Shown here: positions 58,810-64,000 of the stretch, one piece after another
Layout: each line of letters opens with the position of its first letter
Numbering within the stretch: position 1 is the first letter of the stretch
NCBI GenBank assembly: GCA_963739985.1
Contig: CAVUCE010000015.1
Coordinates: forward strand, 6,990-70,989
Direction of reading: 5' to 3'
Source: an uncultured Ignavibacteriales bacterium
GTDB lineage: Bacteria; Bacteroidota; Ignavibacteria; Ignavibacteriales; Ignavibacteriaceae
DNA length: 64,000 nucleotides
The notes under the pieces: generated by a model
The model's input: only the letters and a program-made list of their open reading frames with translations
What the model was told of the DNA's origin: nothing
The model's database searches: none
Position numbers and translations under genes: made by a program

Positions 58810-59433
58810 ATGTCTAAAGAATTGACCGAAACACAAAAAGCAATACTGGAATTTCTAATTGAGCAAAAAACCATTAAGGGAATGCCTCCAACATTAGCTG
58901 AGATTGCAAGATATTTTGGCTATAAAAATAGAGCTACAGTACAACAGCACTTAGCAGCTATTGAAAAGAAAGGTTATATCAAACGTAATCCTAAACTTTC
59001 ACGCGGAATTGAACTTACACTTGAAGAGAAATTTTTTATTCCCCGACCGATTTTAGGAGAAGTTGCTGCTGGAAATCCTTTAATAATTTATCCGGATGCA
59101 ATTGATACGATTGAATTACCCACAATTGCCAGAATGCCGAAAGATTCTTTTTTGCTCAGAGTAAAAGGCAACAGTTTAAAGGATGCTTATATTTTTAGCG
59201 GGGATATAGTAATTGTTAACCCTAACATTGATCCTAAAAATGGACAAATTGTGGTTGCTGTTTTAGAAGATGCTGCCGTTGTTAAAAGGTTTTATAAGAA
59301 GAAAAACGAAGTTGAACTGCATTCTGAAAACCCTGAGTTTAAGCCAATTATTATCAAACGTGATTATCAAAAATTCAAGGTTATCGGTGTGGTTGTTGGA
59401 ATGTATAGAAGTATGGAAAAGCGAGCAGTTTAG
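58810..59433 (+). CDS. lexA: LexA repressor (S24 self-cleaving)
   Basis: N-terminal wHTH (PPTLAEIARYFGYKNRATVQQHLAAIEKKGYI), cleavage site VAAG, and Ser/Lys dyad contexts KGNSL and AVVKRF. Confidence 0.92.
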   Translation: MSKELTETQKAILEFLIEQKTIKGMPPTLAEIARYFGYKNRATVQQHLAAIEKKGYIKRNPKLSRGIELTLEEKFFIPRPILGEVAAGNPLIIYPDAIDTIELPTIARMPKDSFLLRVKGNSLKDAYIFSGDIVIVNPNIDPKNGQIVVAVLEDAAVVKRFYKKKNEVELHSENPEFKPIIIKRDYQKFKVIGVVVGMYRSMEKRAV

Positions 59434-59454
59434 TCCAAATGATTCTAAAACTTA

Positions 59455-59721
59455 TTATTCGTAATGTGTCCACATCCTTATTACTTTTACAGTTCTTATT
59501 TCGTCTATAATTTGATAAACAATTCTGTGCTGAATATTTATTCTCCGGGAATATGCCCCTGATAAATCTCCCACTAATTTTTCATATGGCGGAGGTTTTC
59601 TATAAGGATCATTTTCAAGAGTTTTCAATATGCGTTGCGCTTTTTCCTTTAAACCTGCGGATTTCAGCTTTTTAGCATCTCGCTGTGCTTGTTTAGTATA
59701 GACTACTTTCCATTTTACCAT
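59455..59721 (-). CDS. yoeB: YoeB/Txe-family toxin (mRNA interferase)
   Basis: 88 aa. ...LSGAYSRRINIQHRIVYQIIDE..VKVIRMWTHYE matches the YoeB pattern. It overlaps the antitoxin gene by 7 nt. Confidence 0.88.
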   Translation of the reverse strand: MVKWKVVYTKQAQRDAKKLKSAGLKEKAQRILKTLENDPYRKPPPYEKLVGDLSGAYSRRINIQHRIVYQIIDEIRTVKVIRMWTHYE

Positions 59722-59957
59722 ACAAGTTTATCTGAACATTTGTCAACCGGTGTTTTCAATCCTTTTAATATAGATTCCCTCATATTAGGGATTGAAGCTA
59801 AATAAAGAGTTTCCTGGATGGCTTTCCAATCTTCTTCGGATAGTAAAACTGCATTGTTTCTCTTTCCGGATATATAAATAGGTTCACTGGATTCGGAAGC
59901 CTCATCAATTAATTTATATAAATTGCTTCTTGCTTTTGTGGCAGTTATACTTTTCAT
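59715..59957 (-). CDS. yefM: YefM/Phd/Axe-family antitoxin
   Basis: 80 aa. MKSITATKARSNLYKLIDEASESSEPIYISGKRNNAVLLSEEDWKAIQETLYL is the typical YefM N-terminal fold sequence. Confidence 0.88.
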   Translation of the reverse strand: MKSITATKARSNLYKLIDEASESSEPIYISGKRNNAVLLSEEDWKAIQETLYLASIPNMRESILKGLKTPVDKCSDKLVW

Positions 59958-59980
59958 TTTGTTTCTCTTTTTATGTAAAC

Positions 59981-60001
59981 GTACGTAATTATGTACGTAA
60001 T
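59981..60001 (-). promoter_or_regulatory. candidate yefM-yoeB operator: two GTACGTAAT repeats
   Basis: gtacgtaat (59981-59989) and gtacgtaat (59993-60001) lie 24-44 nt upstream of the antitoxin start. Each contains the palindromic GTAC/TACGTA core. Confidence 0.45.
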
Positions 60002-60028
60002 ATCAAGATGAAAAAATATATTAATAAC

Positions 60029-60160
60029 TCATGTTACGCAAATATATGTTTTGGTCATATTGAATCCCGCTTGAGCCGGATGAAATATCTCTTAAATTTG
60101 CAAAAATCACTACTTTGAGATTCTTCATTTAATTCAGAATGACCTTTTTGCGTAACATGA
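60029..60160. repeat. long imperfect inverted repeat / extended stem-loop (about 130 nt)
   Basis: tcatgttacgcaaa (60029-60042) is the perfect complement of tttgcgtaacatga (60147-60160). Inner pairings are ggtcat/atgacc (60053-58 / 60139-44), ttgaat/attcag, and atgaaatatctc/gagattcttcat (60080-91 / 60117-28). Confidence 0.6.
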
Positions 60161-60262
60161 ATTAATAAATAAAGAGTAAAAAATGTAATGTTTCCGAATC
60201 AATTACAATTTTCACTAAAATTCTTATCTTTACGCTCAATTTCAAATTAAAATAGGTTATAA

Positions 60263-62113
60263 ATGCTAAAAGCAAGATACAATGATTTTTTATTAAGGGG
60301 ATTCGTATGTTTTATTTTGGTTAGCACATTATTTCTTTCATCTTCTTCGGCACAAGTTCTGCCTAAATATAATTTGGATGATGTTGTTGTTACAGCCGGA
60401 AGAACTCCGATTAGCTTTTCAAATTTGACCAGGAGCGTAACTGTAATTACTGAAAAAGAAATTAAAGAAGCGCCTGTAAATAGCGTACAAGGATTGCTCC
60501 AGTTTGCGCTTGGTGTTGATCTAAAACAGCGCGGAGTTGACGGCGTTCAGGGCGATGTTAGTATAAGAGGGGGAACTGCCCAGGAAACGTTAATTTTAAT
60601 CGACGGGATTAAAGTTAATGATCCTCAAACGGCTCATCATAATTTAAATATCCCGGTTGCATTAAATGATGTTAAAAGAATTGAAATTCTTAAAGGGCAG
60701 GGATCAAGTATATACGGACCGAATGCTTTCAGCGGTGTAATAAATATTATTACAAAAAAAGGATTTGAAAAATCTTTATCGCTTCAAACGGTTGGCGGAC
60801 AAAATGGTTATTACGAAGGAAGTTTATACGGCGCTATTCCAATCGGAGTTGTGAGCAATCATATTTCTTTTTCTAAGAAAAAATCCGATGGATATAGGCA
60901 CAATACAAATTTTGATATTTTAGACTTTTCCTATAATTCTTCAATAAAAGCGGGAAGCGGAAATGTAAATTTATTCTTTGGATATAACGATAAAAAATAC
61001 GGAGCAAACGGATTTTATACAACTGCTTTCCCAAATCAATGGGAACACACAACAACTAAGTTTGCAAACGTAACTGCAGAATTTGGAAACAGTAAATTTT
61101 CAATCTCGCCTAAAATTTACTGGCGCAGAAATGATGATAATTATCTCCTTGATTACGAGAATCCTTCATTTTACCAAAATATTCATCAAACAAATATTTA
61201 CGGAGCAGAAATACAATCATCTGTTGTAACCGATTGGGGAACAACTTCATTTGGCGGTGAATATATTACCGACAAAATTCAAAGTACAAATTTGGGAGAT
61301 CATTCTAGAGAGAGAAAAGGAATATTTGTTGAACAAAATTTTTTTCCCGCTAAAGATTTTATAGTTGTAGCCGGCGCTTTTGCTTATAACTATTCAACAA
61401 TTGGTTGGCGTTATTGGCCAAGCCTAGATTTAGGATATCATCTAACTAATAACTTAAGAGTTTTCGGATCAGTTGGCAAAGCGTTTAGGATTCCAACTTA
61501 TACAGAATTATATTATTCATCTCCGGCAAGTGTTGGAAATCCAAATTTGCAGCACGAAGAAACCACTAATTTTGAAATTGGATTAAACTTTAATAAATCT
61601 GCTTATGATGTTAAGCTAAGTTTATTCAGAAAAGAAGGAAAAAATTTAATCGATTGGGTAAGTTCAACGGGAACAGCTCCCTGGTATGCTAAGAATATTT
61701 CGTCCCTAAATACAAACGGTATTGAATTTAGTTTGAGTACGAATCCTACTAGATTAATAAAAAATTTCCCGATCACAAAACTTAATATTGATTATACTTA
61801 TCTGAATTCCGATAAACAAGCCGACAATTTTGTTTCTCAGTATTTATTGGAATATTGCAGAAACCAGCTAATTATAAGCTTGATGAATAATTGGTGGGTT
61901 GGAATTACACAAAACTGGTCGTTGAGATATGAAAACAGAGTTAATTTTGAAGATCAGATTTTAATGGATACTCAAATTCAAAAACGCTTTAGCGGATTTA
62001 CAGTTTTTGTTAAGGCTACAAATCTTTTCAACGAAACATATCATGAAATTAGCGGAGTCCCTTTGCCAGGAAGATGGATATTTGCCGGAGCCAAATACGA
62101 TTTAAACATGTAA
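60263..62113 (+). CDS. TonB-dependent outer-membrane receptor
   Basis: Signal peptide, TonB-box/plug (DDVVVTAGR ... SIRGGTAQETLILIDGIKVNDP ... IEILKGQGSSIYGPNAFSGVINIITK), then about 450 aa of beta-barrel. Confidence 0.9.
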   Translation: MLKARYNDFLLRGFVCFILVSTLFLSSSSAQVLPKYNLDDVVVTAGRTPISFSNLTRSVTVITEKEIKEAPVNSVQGLLQFALGVDLKQRGVDGVQGDVSIRGGTAQETLILIDGIKVNDPQTAHHNLNIPVALNDVKRIEILKGQGSSIYGPNAFSGVINIITKKGFEKSLSLQTVGGQNGYYEGSLYGAIPIGVVSNHISFSKKKSDGYRHNTNFDILDFSYNSSIKAGSGNVNLFFGYNDKKYGANGFYTTAFPNQWEHTTTKFANVTAEFGNSKFSISPKIYWRRNDDNYLLDYENPSFYQNIHQTNIYGAEIQSSVVTDWGTTSFGGEYITDKIQSTNLGDHSRERKGIFVEQNFFPAKDFIVVAGAFAYNYSTIGWRYWPSLDLGYHLTNNLRVFGSVGKAFRIPTYTELYYSSPASVGNPNLQHEETTNFEIGLNFNKSAYDVKLSLFRKEGKNLIDWVSSTGTAPWYAKNISSLNTNGIEFSLSTNPTRLIKNFPITKLNIDYTYLNSDKQADNFVSQYLLEYCRNQLIISLMNNWWVGITQNWSLRYENRVNFEDQILMDTQIQKRFSGFTVFVKATNLFNETYHEISGVPLPGRWIFAGAKYDLNM

Positions 62114-62261
62114 TCAAAACTTATCTTTTCTGTGAAATGAAATTGGGAAAGAGATAGAATTTGTGTCTATCTCTTTCTTAATTCTCTCAATATTAAAATC
62201 CTAAAATAATGTCAATTCATTGTAACTTTCAGCATTCTCATTTGTCTTTTTAGATGAATAA

Positions 62262-62765
62262 ATGAAAATAATTAATCTGCATAAAAAAGAAGAAAATATT
62301 TCGCTTCCCGATTTATATGAAAAATATTCTGAGGATATTTTTAAATATTCACTGAGTATTTTAAAAGATTACGAAGAAGCAAAAGATGCAGTTCAGGAAG
62401 TTTTTGTAAAATATGCAGAGAGTATAAATTCTTTTAAGGGCGATTGCAGTATAAAATCATGGCTCTTAATAATTACAAGGAACTATTGTTTCAATAAATT
62501 ACGAAGTAAATCATTTAATAATGAAAGAATTGAAGAAGATATTTTTTACGGAGTTTCTATCCCAAATTTTGATGAACAAATATCTCTTGAAGAAGCCCTT
62601 AAAAAATTGTCGCCTGAACATAATGAACTAATTTATTTGAAAGAATACGAAGGCTATTCATATAAAGAAATTGCTGAAATTACAGAATTAACTATCGAAA
62701 ATGTTAAAATAAAATTGTTTCGAGCCAGACAAGAATTGAGAAAAATATTAAAAGATGAGAACTAA
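62262..62765 (+). CDS. ECF-type RNA polymerase sigma factor
   Basis: 167 aa. Region 2 (AKDAVQEVFVKY ... WLLIITRNYCFNKLR) and region 4 (YSYKEIAEITELTIENVKIKLFRARQELR). Confidence 0.88.
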   Translation: MKIINLHKKEENISLPDLYEKYSEDIFKYSLSILKDYEEAKDAVQEVFVKYAESINSFKGDCSIKSWLLIITRNYCFNKLRSKSFNNERIEEDIFYGVSIPNFDEQISLEEALKKLSPEHNELIYLKEYEGYSYKEIAEITELTIENVKIKLFRARQELRKILKDEN

Positions 62766-62767
62766 TT

Positions 62768-63397
62768 ATGAAGCATTATGAATTTGAAATAAGCCAATTT
62801 GTAGATAATGAGCTTAACGTTGCTGAGCAAAAAAAATTATTCCTACATTTATCAGAATGTGAAACTTGCAGGGAGACTTTATCAGATTATATGGGAATGA
62901 AAAAAGATGCAAAATTATTTTATAACGAGATCAAATTTACCGCAGCTAATCCTACTAAATTTTTAATAGAATCTGATAAGAAAAGAAACAACTATAAAGC
63001 ACTATTTTATATTGCAGCCGCAGCATCTATAATTTTATGTTTTGCATTAATTTCACAGCTAAATAGTAAAAACAATTTTAAGGAAAGCTTGAATGCAGTA
63101 CAGGCTAAATATGCGCTTCTTCATCAAAACTATGACGATCTAAATAACTCTTTAATAGCTAAAGAGAAAGAGTTCAAAATAGCGGAAGATAAAAATACAC
63201 ATGACATGAATTACGCAGTCTCATCTAATAAAAATTTACAAATAAAATCTTTTGCTGTTAAAAATAAAACTGAAGGTAAAAAACAAAATATAAGATCAGA
63301 TAATAGAGTTGTTCACTCGGCTACAGCGTTTAATAATATTTCAATTGTAAAAGTAACTAAAAATGATTTTCTAACTCCACAAATAGCGGGTAATTAA
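62768..63397 (+). CDS. anti-sigma factor (zf-HC2 type, single TM)
   Basis: It starts 2 nt after the sigma gene. N-terminal HLSECETCRETL zinc-finger motif and a central TM segment ALFYIAAAASIILCFALI. Confidence 0.75.
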   Translation: MKHYEFEISQFVDNELNVAEQKKLFLHLSECETCRETLSDYMGMKKDAKLFYNEIKFTAANPTKFLIESDKKRNNYKALFYIAAAASIILCFALISQLNSKNNFKESLNAVQAKYALLHQNYDDLNNSLIAKEKEFKIAEDKNTHDMNYAVSSNKNLQIKSFAVKNKTEGKKQNIRSDNRVVHSATAFNNISIVKVTKNDFLTPQIAGN

Positions 63398-63398
63398 A

Positions 63399-64000
63399 TT
63401 GAAATTTAAGCTTTCTATAATTTTTGTCCTTGCTCTTTTGATTAAATGCAGTTACGGGCAAACAGATAATTACAACCTGGATTTTAAAGCAAAAATAAAA
63501 TCCAACGACGGAGTTAATAAGCTTATTTTGTTTAACCGCGGCGAATTAAATTCTGTTATTCAAGGTTATGTCTTATTAACACGCGGTTATCATAACATTG
63601 AAGGAAGAATTAAAAAAGGCGGATTTAATTTTCTTGATCATAAAATATTTGAAGTTGGTATAGAAAGTTTACGCAAAAATTGGGTAAAAAATAATTTCCC
63701 GATAAATGATGTTATAGCTATTTCAAACGGAGTTAATGTCGATAAAGTTTATTCATTTGAAATAACGCCTATGATTTTAAATTATAAAAGCGATTCTTTG
63801 AGCTTCTATATAAAAGGTGTCTTCTATAATCTTACTAAAGGAAGCGGAAAACAAGATGAGTATAAATTGAATTATGATGTGGATTTCAGTTATAAGTTAT
63901 ATAAGATTCCTTTTGATAAAGACTTTACATTAGACTTTTTCAGCGATCATTTTAAAAACTATAAATGTACAATTAGATTTTCTAAAATAAATGAAGCTGA
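63399..64000 (+). CDS. hypothetical secreted protein, N-terminal part (runs off the right edge)
   Basis: TTG at 63399, 1 nt after the anti-sigma stop. It reads (M)KFKLSIIFVLALLIKCSYGQTDNYNLDF... (signal peptide) and stays open to the window end. It is not in the ORF track because there is no stop. Confidence 0.45.
   Translation, partial: MKFKLSIIFVLALLIKCSYGQTDNYNLDFKAKIKSNDGVNKLILFNRGELNSVIQGYVLLTRGYHNIEGRIKKGGFNFLDHKIFEVGIESLRKNWVKNNFPINDVIAISNGVNVDKVYSFEITPMILNYKSDSLSFYIKGVFYNLTKGSGKQDEYKLNYDVDFSYKLYKIPFDKDFTLDFFSDHFKNYKCTIRFSKINEA

Noticed and set aside
59930-60118. 62-aa plus-strand ORF
   Set aside because: It overlaps the yefM start, the TA operator repeats and the left arm of the long hairpin. 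It is more parsimoniously non-coding.
60161-60262. Possible cobalamin riboswitch upstream of the BtuB-sized TonB-dependent receptor
   Set aside because: No B12-box (GCCACTG-like) or GC-rich conserved core is visible. The leader is almost entirely A/T.

Overview
Low-GC bacterial chromosomal segment. T9SS-type C-terminal sorting tails and the gene content suggest an FCB-group organism (Ignavibacteria/Bacteroidota-like); this is inference. No rRNA, tRNA, CRISPR array or transposase was recognised.

**Left third (1-22 kb): core energy metabolism and housekeeping**
- nuoABCDEF on the plus strand.
- A convergent 6.2-kb minus-strand operon joining a caa3-type cytochrome c oxidase (II-I-III-CtaG) to a Rieske / cytochrome b-c fusion.
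- An ABC-F gene relic, ferritin, hemF, a UvrD/PcrA helicase, a GHL10-like T9SS protein and a PPi-type phosphofructokinase.
- An NSS transporter with an untracked 35-aa downstream ORF.

**Middle (22.8-33 kb)**
- A giant beta-helix / Ig-like T9SS surface protein broken into four frames, with about 190 nt of non-coding sequence plus a 225-nt poly-T run inside it.
- A Dlt-like carrier-protein module: SGNH protein, 78-aa carrier protein, MBOAT and a DltA-like adenylating enzyme. A stand-alone formyltransferase-like gene is coupled to the adenylating enzyme.

**Right part (36.8-58.6 kb): the most unusual region**
- A pga/bcs-like synthase-dependent exopolysaccharide locus with a GH9 hydrolase, two TPR + beta-barrel porins, a second SGNH paralog, a processive GT2 synthase, a small TM protein, a CE4-like protein, an FN3 lipoprotein and a PAS hybrid kinase.
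- It is preceded by KaiC/RecA-like proteins whose Walker-A lysine is replaced by arginine.
- One of these proteins is fused to a degenerate GGDEF-like domain.
- That gene, plus the first 265 codons of the following porin gene, occurs twice as a 2,066-bp near-identical, GC-richer direct repeat. The repeat ends in frame inside two otherwise diverged porin genes.

**Window end**
- lexA with a promoter-overlapping palindrome.
- yefM-yoeB with GTACGTAAT operator-like repeats.
- A roughly 130-nt imperfect hairpin, a TonB-dependent receptor, and an ECF sigma / anti-sigma pair.

All calls rest on motif recognition by eye. No database searches were run.
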